Positions 33,389 through 43,579 of a stretch of 64,000 bases of DNA are shown here, piece after piece. The notes below the pieces were generated by a model. That model saw nothing but the letters and a program-made list of their open reading frames with translations, was not told the origin of the DNA and ran no database searches. The stretch is from Candidatus Moanibacter sp. Its GTDB lineage: Bacteria > Verrucomicrobiota > Verrucomicrobiia > Opitutales > UBA2987. The stretch covers positions 128,001 through 192,000 of the forward strand of contig CBDCEW010000103.1 in NCBI GenBank assembly GCA_965215885.1, in the 5' to 3' direction. The position numbers and the translations under genes are program-made. Positions within the stretch are counted from its first letter, which is position 1, and every line of letters starts with the position of its first letter.

Positions 33389-34168
33389 ATGCTCACCAAA
33401 CGCCTTATCGTCTGCCTCGACGTGCGCGACGGACAATTGGCCAAAAGCGTCAAGTTCATCGACACCAAAGACATCGGCGATCCCGTGGTGAAGGCTCGTG
33501 AGTATTACAAGGGCGGCGTCGACGAATTGGTGTTTTACGACATCACGGCGTCCAGCGACCATCGCGACATCATGATCGAAGTGGTCGAAGAGGTGGCCGC
33601 GCAGGTCTTCATTCCCTTTTCCGTGGGCGGGGGCATTCGTAGTGAAGAAGACGCTACCAAGCTGCGCCTGGCAGGCGCTGAAAAGATCAACGTCAATTCC
33701 GCTGCCGTGCAGCGGCCCAGTCTCATCACCGAGATCGCACGCGCCATCGGGCGGCAAAACACCGTTCTCTCCATGGATATCAAACAGGTCGAACCGACCG
33801 AGGCACTCCCTTCCGGTTACGAGATCGTTATCCACGGCGGTCGTAAACCGATGGGGGTGGATGCTATCGCATGGGCACAGCGCGGCCAGGAACTGGGTGC
33901 CGGCGAGCTCGTTGTCAATTCAATCGACGCGGACGGCACGCAAGATGGATACGAGCTCACTCTTACCCAAACCATTGCCGAGGCGGTTTCCATTCCCGTC
34001 ATCGCCTCGGGTGGGGCGGGCAAGCCGGAGCACCTCTACGACGTCTTGACCAAAGGCAAGGCCGACGCCGCTCTGGTGGCCTCGATGACTCACTACGGCC
34101 ATTATACCTGCCGCGAGATTAAGGAGAACCTGGCCGCCCGCGGCCTGCCCATGCGGTTAAATTACTAG
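33389..34168 (+). CDS. hisF: Imidazole glycerol phosphate synthase cyclase subunit
   Basis: [32 protein letters not shown] and IASGGAG. Confidence 0.96.
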   Translation: MLTKRLIVCLDVRDGQLAKSVKFIDTKDIGDPVVKAREYYKGGVDELVFYDITASSDHRDIMIEVVEEVAAQVFIPFSVGGGIRSEEDATKLRLAGAEKINVNSAAVQRPSLITEIARAIGRQNTVLSMDIKQVEPTEALPSGYEIVIHGGRKPMGVDAIAWAQRGQELGAGELVVNSIDADGTQDGYELTLTQTIAEAVSIPVIASGGAGKPEHLYDVLTKGKADAALVASMTHYGHYTCREIKENLAARGLPMRLNY

Positions 34169-34193
34169 GTTCCTTGATTCCGATGAAAAATCA

Positions 34194-34266
34194 CCACGTT
34201 CTTGAGAACGCGGCTACGGTGCTCCGTAAGTCGTTAAATTTTGTAGCCGCGTTCGCAAGAACGTAG
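34194..34266. repeat. GTAG-REP inverted doublet, family A (25-nt spacer)
   Basis: CCACGTTCTTGAGAACGCGGCTAC-N25-GTAGCCGCGTTCGCAAGAACGTAG. Confidence 0.82.
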
Positions 34267-34325
34267 TCGCGAATCTCGAAAGGGCGTGTATTTCAGCAGA
34301 ATCGGATCCCATGGTTAACAGATGC

Positions 34326-35357
34326 CTAGAATATATCCGTCAAGACTACTTTTGCTTCCGATCCCGACTCAGTCGTCTTCAAGAAGGCGATAAGATCCAG
34401 CAATTCCTGGAGTGTGTAACGCTGGCCATAGGTCTCGGGCATGGCGGACCGGTCGGTTGGCCGCATGATCCGAATCTGTTCCCTTCTTATCGACCTCAGT
34501 ACCGGTGGAAAGCTGGAGACATCGTAGACTTTAACCCGAGAAGCACTCTCTTTAACTCTCAAGACTTCGAGACGTTCACCATCGTGGGTAGTCAGCTCGA
34601 CGAGTTTCCCCTCCTCAGGCACGACAGCGTTTGGAAGAATAATATCTTTGAGAATCTCCCTGGGAGATCTCTTCGAAATCCGACTCAGATCTGGCCCTAC
34701 GCCTGAACCCTTACCATTGATCCGGTGACAAGCCGCGCAATTCAATTTGTCGCTGATATTAAAGAATAGCTCCCTCCCTTTAGTTGGATTGCCCACCAGC
34801 CCTGACGAACGACCCTCGCCGCTCCAGGGTTTCTGATCGGAAGCCGAATTTCCGGCTGAATCCAGTTCCAGCTCAGGTTGAGGAGGCATCGCAAGCTCTT
34901 TTACAGGCGAAGATCTACTTTGACCCGGCTCCGGTTCAGACAGGGTTCCGATATAAGCAACCACTGACCAGATTTCTTCCTCGCTGAGTTTCCCCCGCCA
35001 TCCGGGCATGGAGGAATTCGGGACTCCCTCTTGGACAACGCGAAATAGATATTCTCTATCCCAGTCTCTCCCACGTAATCGGGTACCCCTTCCGGCTCGG
35101 CCCTCCTTACCGTGGCAATAACCTACCGAGCAACGTTTCGCAAAAATCGCTTGGCCCGCGCTCACAACTCTGGGGTCCGAGAAATCAACGGGAAGCTCGT
35201 CCGCGCCAACCTGGGCAGAAAACAAACCCACACCAAGAAGCCTCAATAATAGAAGCTGAGAGGACAAGCGACGAGATCCCGTTGAAAATCGTGAGCTTAC
35301 TTGCCTCGGCAAAGCGTAGTGACGACGGGTCAAACGGCATGTTGGTTGAGAGATCAA
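34326..35357 (-). CDS. Di-heme c-type cytochrome with PVC-type heme-binding domain (start uncertain)
   Basis: CSVGYCH and CAACH. GPDLS..ILKDIILPN..SAMP..LLDLIAFL. Confidence 0.8.
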   Translation of the reverse strand: MISQPTCRLTRRHYALPRQVSSRFSTGSRRLSSQLLLLRLLGVGLFSAQVGADELPVDFSDPRVVSAGQAIFAKRCSVGYCHGKEGRAGRGTRLRGRDWDREYLFRVVQEGVPNSSMPGWRGKLSEEEIWSVVAYIGTLSEPEPGQSRSSPVKELAMPPQPELELDSAGNSASDQKPWSGEGRSSGLVGNPTKGRELFFNISDKLNCAACHRINGKGSGVGPDLSRISKRSPREILKDIILPNAVVPEEGKLVELTTHDGERLEVLRVKESASRVKVYDVSSFPPVLRSIRREQIRIMRPTDRSAMPETYGQRYTLQELLDLIAFLKTTESGSEAKVVLTDIF

Positions 35358-35423
35358 TATCGTGTTTCCCCGGCCCGTTCCTGGCGGGATTAATCAGGGG
35401 TGAAACTTCCGGCGGTTTTAGAA

Positions 35424-35488
35424 CGAAATGCTTCCGCATTCCGCTACACTGGCAATTCAATTCTGTAGCGGAAAGCGGGAGCTTTTCG
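35424..35488. repeat. GTAG-REP inverted doublet, family B (17-nt spacer)
   Basis: CGAAATGCTTCCGCATTCCGCTAC-N17-GTAGCGGAAAGCGGGAGCTTTTCG. Confidence 0.78.
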
Positions 35489-35564
35489 ACGATCGTGCGG
35501 CAAATTTCAGCTTATCTATCCACCCGCCAGGCCGCTCCAGCATTGAAGCCCCTGATCAGCGTCC

Positions 35565-37268
35565 TCAATTTCCAGTGGATGGCAACGCAAACACAAAGAG
35601 GGCACTCCCACCAGGGAAGTCTTCCGTTTCCGGCCAAATCTGTGGCATCAGACCTGCCACGGCCGAGCCCCAACCGGCGGGAACAGCGATGTACTGCCTT
35701 CCTTTGACAGCATAAGTCATGGGCGAACCTCGATGCCCTGAGCCGGTGTTGAAGCTCCAAAGTTTTTTGCCCGAAATTGCATTAAAGGCCATAAATTCCC
35801 CCTCAGGATCACCGGTGAATACGAGGTCGCCCCCAGTTGCCACGGCAGAGGCCAGTAAGGGATATTTCGATTTATAGCTCCAGCGCTTTTCGCCCGTCAC
35901 AGGGTCGTAGGCATCGAAGTGGCTCCCGGTATCTCCACTGGGCGTTTCCCTTAGCTCAAAAAGGCCACCAAAATAGGTCTCGCCCGGTCTCGGTTCCTCC
36001 TCCTGAACGATCAACTCCTGACACCACTCAATCCCTGTCGTATAAAAGAGTCCTGTCCTTGGGCTGTAGGCCGCATGATTCCAGCTGCGGCCCCCTCCGA
36101 TTGAAGGACAAATCAGAGTCGGCTCGCCTACCGGTGGCTCAAGCCGATCCTGGAGTTCACCGTTTTCGTTAATCCCGCTGATCCAGTTGATATTTTCGGC
36201 GAGTGGCCAGGTTCCAAGGAATTCTCCGTTAGTGCGATCAAGGACCCAAGTATAACCACCCTTGTTCGGGTTTATGAGCAGTTTGCGTTCTTCGCCGTTC
36301 ACCGGCAAATCAAGAAGAACGCATTCATAGGCGGCATCCCAGTCCCAGACGTCATGGGGAATCTCCTGATAATACCACTTCAGGTCGCCGGTATCGGGAT
36401 CGAGTGCCACGATACAATCCGTATAGAGATTGTCTCCGCGCCGACTTTCTCCGTAGAAATCGGCCGCCGGATTGCCCACGCCCCAGTAGATAAGATCGAG
36501 TTCGGAATCGTAAGAACCCGTCATCCAGGTGGACCCACCTCCATACTTCCAGCTATCTCCAGACCAGGTTTCGTGACCCTTTTCTCCGGGCCCCGGAATA
36601 GCCCAGAATCGCCATGCGTGTTTTCCCGTCTTGGCTTCGAAGGCATTCAGATATCCCCGGTGCGCGGAGTCGCCGCCCGTAACTCCGATGATGACCTTGT
36701 CTTTCACGATCAGAGGAGCCCCAGTAATGTTGCAGCCACACTGTTCATAACTCTCGATTTCCACCTTCCAGACTTCCTCTCCCGTCTCGGCATCGAGAGC
36801 CACCAGATGATTGTCGATCGTTCCCATGAAGACCAATCCATAGCCTACCCCTACTCCCCGGCTCCAGGGTCCGTAGATCAGCCCGAATTCCCTGGGCGTT
36901 TCATAGTAATAATGCCAAATCTCTTTACCTGTCACGGCATCGAGCGCAAATACCCTGTTCCAGGGAGAGGTAATGTACATGACCCCGTCTACAACCAACG
37001 GAGTACAGGAAAAGCCTCCTTCCATCTTACCGGTTTGAAAGACCCAGACAGGAACCAGATCCTCGACGTTTTCCCGATTAATTTGGTCCAAGGGGCTGTA
37101 GCGCCAGGCATTGTAAGTCCCGGCGTAGGTCATCCAGTTTTCCGGCTCCTTCTCGGCTTCAATAAGCCGTTTCGAATCAATTTCGGCCGCGATAAGACTC
37201 GTGCTCAGCCCAAGCAATAGATGGATCGTCCGAAGGGAGGCGCAGGCTATATCAGCTTTCATTTTCAT
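35565..37268 (-). CDS. PQQ-dependent dehydrogenase (methanol/ethanol family, atypical)
   Basis: RYSPLDQINRENV, TPLVVDG, Trp-docking repeats, WGVGNP, PHDVWDWD and GRQYIAV. Confidence 0.9.
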   Translation of the reverse strand: MKMKADIACASLRTIHLLLGLSTSLIAAEIDSKRLIEAEKEPENWMTYAGTYNAWRYSPLDQINRENVEDLVPVWVFQTGKMEGGFSCTPLVVDGVMYITSPWNRVFALDAVTGKEIWHYYYETPREFGLIYGPWSRGVGVGYGLVFMGTIDNHLVALDAETGEEVWKVEIESYEQCGCNITGAPLIVKDKVIIGVTGGDSAHRGYLNAFEAKTGKHAWRFWAIPGPGEKGHETWSGDSWKYGGGSTWMTGSYDSELDLIYWGVGNPAADFYGESRRGDNLYTDCIVALDPDTGDLKWYYQEIPHDVWDWDAAYECVLLDLPVNGEERKLLINPNKGGYTWVLDRTNGEFLGTWPLAENINWISGINENGELQDRLEPPVGEPTLICPSIGGGRSWNHAAYSPRTGLFYTTGIEWCQELIVQEEEPRPGETYFGGLFELRETPSGDTGSHFDAYDPVTGEKRWSYKSKYPLLASAVATGGDLVFTGDPEGEFMAFNAISGKKLWSFNTGSGHRGSPMTYAVKGRQYIAVPAGWGSAVAGLMPQIWPETEDFPGGSALFVFALPSTGN

Positions 37269-37415
37269 TTGAACAGGGAGGTATCGATAGTCCCCTACAG
37301 CGAATCCTGTCAAATCATTATGAAGGCTCCGCCACAGGACCGAATACCAAATGAATTGACCACGGAACTCGTCTCGCTACTGTCATATAACAACGAATAT
37401 GATTCAATAGGCGCT

Positions 37416-37748
37416 ATGGAAACGGAAACAGGAATAATCCTTACGAACATTGAGTCAGTCCCCGGCAGGGCAATGATCGAACATTACGGGCTCGTCCAGG
37501 GAAGTACGATTCGTGCCAAACATGTCGGCCGCGATTTGATGGCTGGTCTTAAAAACATCGTTGGAGGCGAATTGAAGGGATACACCGAACTCCTTAAGGA
37601 ATCACGCTATGAAGCGACCAATCGAATGGTGAAGCAAGCGCGCGAGTTGGGTGCAAACGCAGTCATTAATGTGCGCTACACGACTTCGTCTGTTGCCCAG
37701 GGCGCCTCCGAAATACTCGCCTACGGAACTGCCGTGAGAGTCCAATGA
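37416..37748 (+). CDS. YbjQ/UPF0145 family protein
   Basis: GLKNIVGGELKGYTELL, LGANAVINVR and EILAYGTAV. Confidence 0.9.
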   Translation: METETGIILTNIESVPGRAMIEHYGLVQGSTIRAKHVGRDLMAGLKNIVGGELKGYTELLKESRYEATNRMVKQARELGANAVINVRYTTSSVAQGASEILAYGTAVRVQ

Positions 37749-37749
37749 G

Positions 37750-38217
37750 ATGGTGGAATTAGTCATCACTCTTGTGCTCCTGGCTCTCGGGTTCGGATCG
37801 GGACGTCTTCTCGAGAAGAAACACTATGAAAGCATCGTGCGGCGCGAGCACGAGCACCTCCACAGTCCCGCCGTGACGTTTAAGGCATTACCCAATAAGG
37901 ATTCCATAAAGTCGGTAAGCCTGGCCGCGGGAAGTGTGGTCGTCTCAGTCGACTACTTTAAGCGATTCTTAGCGGCTTTCCGTATGTTCTTTGGTGGAGA
38001 GTTAGGATCTTACGCCTCCCTAATTGACCGTGGAAGACGCGAGGCTCTGCTTCGTATGAAAGAGTCCTGCCCGGATGCGAGTATCTATCTCAACACCCGG
38101 CTCGAAACCTCCTCAATTTCGAAAGGGAACAAGAGTCAAAAGATCGGTAGTGTCGAGATACTCGCCTATTCCACGGCTGTGACATACGTCGATGCGGTTC
38201 GTCCCGAAACCTCTTAA
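37750..38217 (+). CDS. Membrane-anchored YbjQ-like protein
   Basis: GSVVVSVDYFKR, FGGEL and RGRREALLRMK. Confidence 0.82.
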   Translation: MVELVITLVLLALGFGSGRLLEKKHYESIVRREHEHLHSPAVTFKALPNKDSIKSVSLAAGSVVVSVDYFKRFLAAFRMFFGGELGSYASLIDRGRREALLRMKESCPDASIYLNTRLETSSISKGNKSQKIGSVEILAYSTAVTYVDAVRPETS

Positions 38218-38977
38218 CAAAACAGCCGACGTTTCACGGGGAAAGTCCGACAGGAAAACGGTCCTTAAGAACGTTCTTTCGGTCATCATTTTCTTTGCCG
38301 CTGCTTACATTATCCTCGGTCTTGTCGGGGTGGGGCTTTCGGAGTTTATCCCGGATGCGTGGGAACGACAACTCGCCTCGAGCAGCACAGCTCTTTCTAA
38401 CAGAGAGGACGAGGATCGCTCCTCACTCCAGGAGGCTGAGGTCATCCTAACGGAACTAACTGAAGGGGTCCCGCTTCGCGATCTGAACTATCGGCTCTTC
38501 CTTTTCGATCTCGATACACCCAACGCCGTCGCGCTACCGGGAGGAGGGGTCGGGCTGTCCCCTCCCCTCCTCGAAACGTTAGAAACAAAGGAAGGCCTCG
38601 CCTTTGTTATCGCACATGAATTAGGGCATCATCAGTATCGCCACATTCTTCGCAGGTTGGGTCGAGTGCTCATGATCAGCGTTGTGGCCGCTTTAACGCT
38701 TTCAAACTACGATCTTTCCCCGCTAGAGGCCTCTATTGCAATTGCCGAGAATGGTTATTCCCGAAAACAGGAACGCGAAGCTGACGAGTTTGCCCTGGGC
38801 CTGGTGTTCAGTAAGTATGGGAACGCCGTTGATGCGCTGGAATTTTTTGCCGCTATGTTAGAGGAAAGCGACGAACCGCTCTGGCAGAAATATCTCGGCA
38901 CCCATCCCATCACAGAAGATCGCATCCGCAGGATGCAGGAACTGTTAGATCGGCTTGAAAATGGGGAGAGGCGTTAG
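38192..38977 (+). CDS. M48 family metallopeptidase
   Basis: NAVALPGG, AHELGH, YSRKQEREAD and THP..RI. Confidence 0.9.
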   Translation: MRFVPKPLNKTADVSRGKSDRKTVLKNVLSVIIFFAAAYIILGLVGVGLSEFIPDAWERQLASSSTALSNREDEDRSSLQEAEVILTELTEGVPLRDLNYRLFLFDLDTPNAVALPGGGVGLSPPLLETLETKEGLAFVIAHELGHHQYRHILRRLGRVLMISVVAALTLSNYDLSPLEASIAIAENGYSRKQEREADEFALGLVFSKYGNAVDALEFFAAMLEESDEPLWQKYLGTHPITEDRIRRMQELLDRLENGERR

Positions 38978-39079
38978 GCTCTAGCTCGATTTCCTCACGA
39001 ATTCCTTTGAAGCGTTTCAGTTGCATCGCAACTGCCGGCATTCCTTCACACTTGCCCACGGAGGGGAAGTGGATTGGGG

Positions 39080-40378
39080 CTATTTAGGAAGGTTCGGCGG
39101 ACTGCAGGGAACGGACGGGCACTCTGGATCATCGTCTTCAGGTGGATTTTCATCTGGAAGATCTATATCTCCAAGTGGGTCTTCAGATGCTGAAATATCC
39201 TGGTCCGTCACCAAGCTTGTAACGTTGTCGAAGTAGAAAACGCCATTCATGAGACACGCCAGCGGCGAGTTCTGTCCATAGTAGCCCACACCGGTACTGT
39301 TACCCGTTACCCTCCCTCGTGACGCGGCTATCTGGGCATCCTGCACATAAATGCCTACTGCCGTTGCGTCACTCGATGTGAATCGCTGGAGGTCGAGGGT
39401 GGCGCCATCGTTTACGAGGATATTGGTCCCGAAATCGGCTTCCGTGGGCAGGTTGATCGACCGCGTCCGTGCCACGTCCGCGTGTTCGACTCTGGCCTTT
39501 GCGTAATGATGGAGGTGCAAGCCGACGGCCCAACTGTCTCGGATTCGAATTCTCGTCAAACAGGCGTGCGCCCATTGGCCCACTTCAACCGCAGCGTATC
39601 CGCCATTGAAAAAGTCCTTAAGGGTTCCGGTGCTAGGAGAAAAAATGGTGACGCGATTGCTACCAGTATCCATCACGTTCACGTTGTCGGCTTTGACCGA
39701 GCTACCCGCGCCATTGACCACCAATCCGGCCGATTCATTTTCCAGTAGGGTTACTCCGAACAATTCCCCACGGACTCCGCCGGAAAGGTAGATGGCCGTC
39801 CCGTGACGGAAGAAGGACCGAGAGAAAACTGAAATGGTGCGATTGGACCTGGTGCCGAAGACGTTGAGGTTCTTTGCCCGGAGTGATCCACCGTGTTGTT
39901 GGATCCCAAAGCCCTCGGCCTCCCGAATGTCCACGTTATCGAGGCAAGTCTCCGCAAAGGGGTGCCCCACGACGAGCGCGCCGGGACTGCTAGCGTTCTG
40001 CAACACGAGGCGCTCGATGGTGAGACGATGCTCCGAGCGATTAACGATCGTACCTTCCAAGGTGGCAAACGCCGGACCACTGCCGATGAGCGCCGTGGCG
40101 CGGGTGATCGTGAGGTTGTCCCGGTATGAGCCCTGTTCGATTAGGATCTTGACGGCACCGAAGTTTTGGCGCTTCGCCCAGAGGAGAGCCTCTCCAATTT
40201 TCCAAAACGGCTTCTGCTGGCTGCCATCTGGGATGATCACCGGTCCCCGAAATGGGGGAGACGGCGCCTTAGCCGCATCAACGTGGAGTGTCGTTACGTC
40301 TCCTGACAGCGGGAGACAATGACTTGAGGCTATTGCTGACCCGGGAAAAAACAGGAGCCATGCGAGTGCGAATCTCAT
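39080..40378 (-). CDS. Secreted right-handed parallel beta-helix protein
   Basis: Signal peptide, pectin-lyase-like opening (IEQGSYRDNLTITR..LIGSG), periodic G[I/L]xV repeats, and an acidic Pro/Cys tail. Confidence 0.6.
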   Translation of the reverse strand: MRFALAWLLFFPGSAIASSHCLPLSGDVTTLHVDAAKAPSPPFRGPVIIPDGSQQKPFWKIGEALLWAKRQNFGAVKILIEQGSYRDNLTITRATALIGSGPAFATLEGTIVNRSEHRLTIERLVLQNASSPGALVVGHPFAETCLDNVDIREAEGFGIQQHGGSLRAKNLNVFGTRSNRTISVFSRSFFRHGTAIYLSGGVRGELFGVTLLENESAGLVVNGAGSSVKADNVNVMDTGSNRVTIFSPSTGTLKDFFNGGYAAVEVGQWAHACLTRIRIRDSWAVGLHLHHYAKARVEHADVARTRSINLPTEADFGTNILVNDGATLDLQRFTSSDATAVGIYVQDAQIAASRGRVTGNSTGVGYYGQNSPLACLMNGVFYFDNVTSLVTDQDISASEDPLGDIDLPDENPPEDDDPECPSVPCSPPNLPK

Positions 40379-40739
40379 GACCAACCAAACCGCTACTTGA
40401 CGAATTTGATAACAAACTTGCAACGTTTCAGAGAATCCTAGGCAGCACTCTTTCGAGAAAACCGCCGATTGGTGAAAAGAGATCGAGATAACCGGAAAGA
40501 ATCAAAGAAAAATGACGGAGAGTGCTCTCACGCATATTACAACAAAGTTCGGGACAAGGTTTACTCGATTGACGCCTGAGTGCGTTAACTGCCAAGACAT
40601 TCTCGATCGGATTGCAAAGGCAACTCCAACTTCCCTCGGTGACCTTGTCGCGAACCTCACTCGCAAACCTTCTTGACACCAATTCTGTGAATTCCAGCCG
40701 CTTATACTCCAAACCTTGCTCGAAATACAGGAAATTTAA

Positions 40740-42222
40740 GGGTCTACAGCAGAATCTGTGGGTGGGTAATGTCGCTTACAAGAGGAAATAGAGTCGGTGA
40801 GCACAAGGAGAAGTCAGGGCGCTGCCCTGAATCCCGCTCCTCCACAGCCGGAGGGGCTGGTCGGTGTTTTCTTTGCATATGGGATTGAAAGGTTGAAGCA
40901 CCGGGCCGTTCCGAGGATGAAAGTAGTACCGAAAATACATCCTGAACACGGAGGACCCAGTGCTCATCAAAACGCTACTGAATCGGTGCTATTGGCTCAA
41001 GAGCTTTGTTTACGCAAAGGCGAGTATGGAAATGGTGAAATCGGTGGAGGCGATTGTGGTGCAGATTGAGCCGCGCAAGAATAGTCGGGTGTGCTGTTCG
41101 GGGTGTGGCCGGACGGCCAGCGGCTACGACCACATGAGCGAGGCGAGGCATTTTGAATTTGTGCCCTTGTGGGGGATGAAGGTGTATTTTCGTTACCGCA
41201 TGCGGCGGGTCAATTGCCGGCGGTGCGGGGTGAAGGTCGAAGAGGTGCCCTGGGCCAAGGGCAAGAGTCATCTGAGTTGGCCAATGCAATGGTTTCTGGC
41301 CCAGTGGGCGAGGCGCTTGAGCTGGGAAGAGACGGCAAGGGTTTTTCGCACGAACTGGCGCAACGTCTTCGAGTCGGTCGAGGCGATGGTGCGTTGGGGG
41401 CTCAAACGGCGCGATATGAGCGGGATTGAGGCGATCGGAGTCGATGAGGTGCAGTATCATCGAGGCCATCACTATCTCACCGTGGTCTACCAGCTTGACG
41501 AGGGGCGGCGGCGGCTATTGGGCGTATTCAATAAGCGCAACGTAAAATCGCTCTTGCGTTTTTTCTGGGAATTGGGAGCGCAAAAGAGCAGCCAGATCCT
41601 CTACGTCTGCTCGGATCTGTGGAAGCCTTACCTCAAAGTGATCAAGAAAAAGGCACCCCAGGCGCTGCACATCCTCGATCGCTTCCACTTGGTAGCCAAC
41701 CTGAACAAGGCCCTCAATGAGATTCGTGCTGCGGAAGCCAGGCGATTGCAACGGGACGGCTACATCAACGTGCTGGTCAAAAGCAAATACTGTTTCTTGA
41801 AAAATCCGCAAAATCTCACCCCCACCCAACAGATCCGCCTCAAGGAGGTGCTCCAATACGATCTGAAGAGCGTGCGGGCCTATCTACTAAAGGAGAGCTT
41901 TCAGCTCTTGTGGCATTATAAAAGTCCCTACTGGGCCCAATGGTATCTGAAAAAATGGTGCACGCGCGCCATGCGTTCGCGCCTCAAACCGATCAAAAGG
42001 TTCGTGCGCTCGGTGCGCAAACACGAGCCGCTCATCCTCAACTGGTTTCGGGCCAAAAAGGCCTTTTCCTGCGGCATTGTGGAGGGCTTTAACCGCAATA
42101 TAAATCTCACTATCAGAAAAGCATACGGCTTTAAGAGCCTCGAAGTGCTTAAGATCGCCCTATTTCATACCATGGGCGACTTGCCTGAACCCGAAATAAC
42201 CCACAGATTCTGCTGACGAGGC
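40740..42222 (+). mobile_element. ISL3-family element, copy 2 (1483 bp)
   Basis: Same TIRs as copy 1. 8-bp TSD AAATTTAA. Confidence 0.94.
40960..42216 (+). CDS. ISL3 transposase
   Basis: Two amino-acid differences from copy 1 in the ORF track. Confidence 0.93.
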   Translation: MLIKTLLNRCYWLKSFVYAKASMEMVKSVEAIVVQIEPRKNSRVCCSGCGRTASGYDHMSEARHFEFVPLWGMKVYFRYRMRRVNCRRCGVKVEEVPWAKGKSHLSWPMQWFLAQWARRLSWEETARVFRTNWRNVFESVEAMVRWGLKRRDMSGIEAIGVDEVQYHRGHHYLTVVYQLDEGRRRLLGVFNKRNVKSLLRFFWELGAQKSSQILYVCSDLWKPYLKVIKKKAPQALHILDRFHLVANLNKALNEIRAAEARRLQRDGYINVLVKSKYCFLKNPQNLTPTQQIRLKEVLQYDLKSVRAYLLKESFQLLWHYKSPYWAQWYLKKWCTRAMRSRLKPIKRFVRSVRKHEPLILNWFRAKKAFSCGIVEGFNRNINLTIRKAYGFKSLEVLKIALFHTMGDLPEPEITHRFC

Positions 42223-42392
42223 AAATTTAAGGTTTTTAGTACGCAGTGAAACGGTGGCAAGGCCATTGATCGGCAGAAAATATTCTTATTTAGGGTTTGA
42301 TCGACTGCTCAAGCTCGACACACCCGTCAGCACGCTAGGGCATTATCCTGACGAAGAGGAGGTGCCGTTGTGAAAGGGTCAAACATGGAAAA

Positions 42393-42506
42393 TTGAAAAG
42401 AATGGCTCAACCTGAAGAAATCGCTTCGGTTGTCCAGTTCCTCCTCTCAGAGCGATCCAGTTATATCACCGGCCAGACTATCCTCGCTGCCGGTGGGCGG
42501 GGATAA
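42393..42506 (+). pseudogene. C-terminal remnant of an SDR oxidoreductase
   Basis: Manual translation gives LKRMAQPEEIASVVQFLLSERSSYITGQTILAAGGRG*, a typical SDR C-terminus with no upstream body. Confidence 0.7.
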
Positions 42507-42512
42507 GGGCAC

Positions 42513-43538
42513 CTACCCGAATATCTCTCTGCGCAATTCCCGCAACACCATCAGTCCCTCCCAGTCGCTCCCTTTCATCGGTCGAGGTCCCGTTCTTCGC
42601 TTTTGTGCAAACTGCTCGCGAAATTCTGTGCAAATACTCTGCACATACTCGCGCGATCCCAACACTGCTCCGTCCGTAAAATACCTTACCCGGCACCTCA
42701 CAGCCGCTGCTACCGGCAGCTCTCCCCCCTCTTCCATCACCGCTCTCCACTGCTCCTCTTTTATCATAGCTGATCCCGGCCCTTTCCCGGGCGCTGGCGT
42801 TGCCCCCTTGCAGTAGAGGAGCTTACGGTATTCTCTCGCTGCCGTGCTCCACCTCATTTGCCTCTCCTCCGGCCTCCGCAACGCTGCGCAGATCCCTCCC
42901 CGCGCTCTGGTTGCTCCTCCCATCGCTTCTCCATACCCGCTCCAGCGATATTCCTTCGGGTCCTCTACCAGTTTCGCCCGTACAGGGTTTAAGTCTATGT
43001 AGGCCGCTACGATCCGCATGGCCGCTTCGCTTCCCTCCACCAGCGTGCTCTTGAAGCGCTCACTCCACAATGTCCCCTCCCGCCCGTGGTTGCGGTTATA
43101 CCAGATCGAAAAACGCTGCTTCAGGCTCTTCATATACTCCGACACATCGTGCATCCGCCCCAATAGCTGCCGCCGTATCACATCTCTCTCCTCTCCTCCT
43201 TTTGCCAGCTCCAGCTCCATCATCTTTGCCTCCGCCTGCTGATACTTCGTCGGCTTCGGATACAATACCCGATACCTCCGCATCAGCTCTGCATCACTCA
43301 CTTCCACCCGCTCCCTGTCCGGTACCCCCAACAGCACATGAAAATGTGAACTCATAATGCAGTAGGTCAATACCTCCACCCCGCTGAAGTCCGCCACCTG
43401 CCACAGCTGCTTTCTTAACACCTCCCGGGCAAACATTTCGATTAACCGCTCCCTATTCACGATACGGGTCATGCAATGATACACCGCCCGTCTTCCTGAC
43501 ACTTTTATTCTACGCTTTCTCATCCCTTTAATATGCAC
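42513..43538 (-). CDS. Y1/HUH tyrosine transposase (REP-associated RAYT-like)
   Basis: YHCMTR, YCIMSSHFH (HUH), LWSERFKS, YIDLNPVRA and YRWSGY. Confidence 0.87.
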   Translation of the reverse strand: MHIKGMRKRRIKVSGRRAVYHCMTRIVNRERLIEMFAREVLRKQLWQVADFSGVEVLTYCIMSSHFHVLLGVPDRERVEVSDAELMRRYRVLYPKPTKYQQAEAKMMELELAKGGEERDVIRRQLLGRMHDVSEYMKSLKQRFSIWYNRNHGREGTLWSERFKSTLVEGSEAAMRIVAAYIDLNPVRAKLVEDPKEYRWSGYGEAMGGATRARGGICAALRRPEERQMRWSTAAREYRKLLYCKGATPAPGKGPGSAMIKEEQWRAVMEEGGELPVAAAVRCRVRYFTDGAVLGSREYVQSICTEFREQFAQKRRTGPRPMKGSDWEGLMVLRELRREIFG

Positions 43539-43579
43539 ATTTTTCGGGTCTTGTCGAGTGTTTAAATAAATGCCTGTCC

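Noticed and set aside
32366..34266. 24-bp palindromic repeats as CRISPR repeats
   Set aside because: They are inverted doublets separated by whole genes, which fits REPs.
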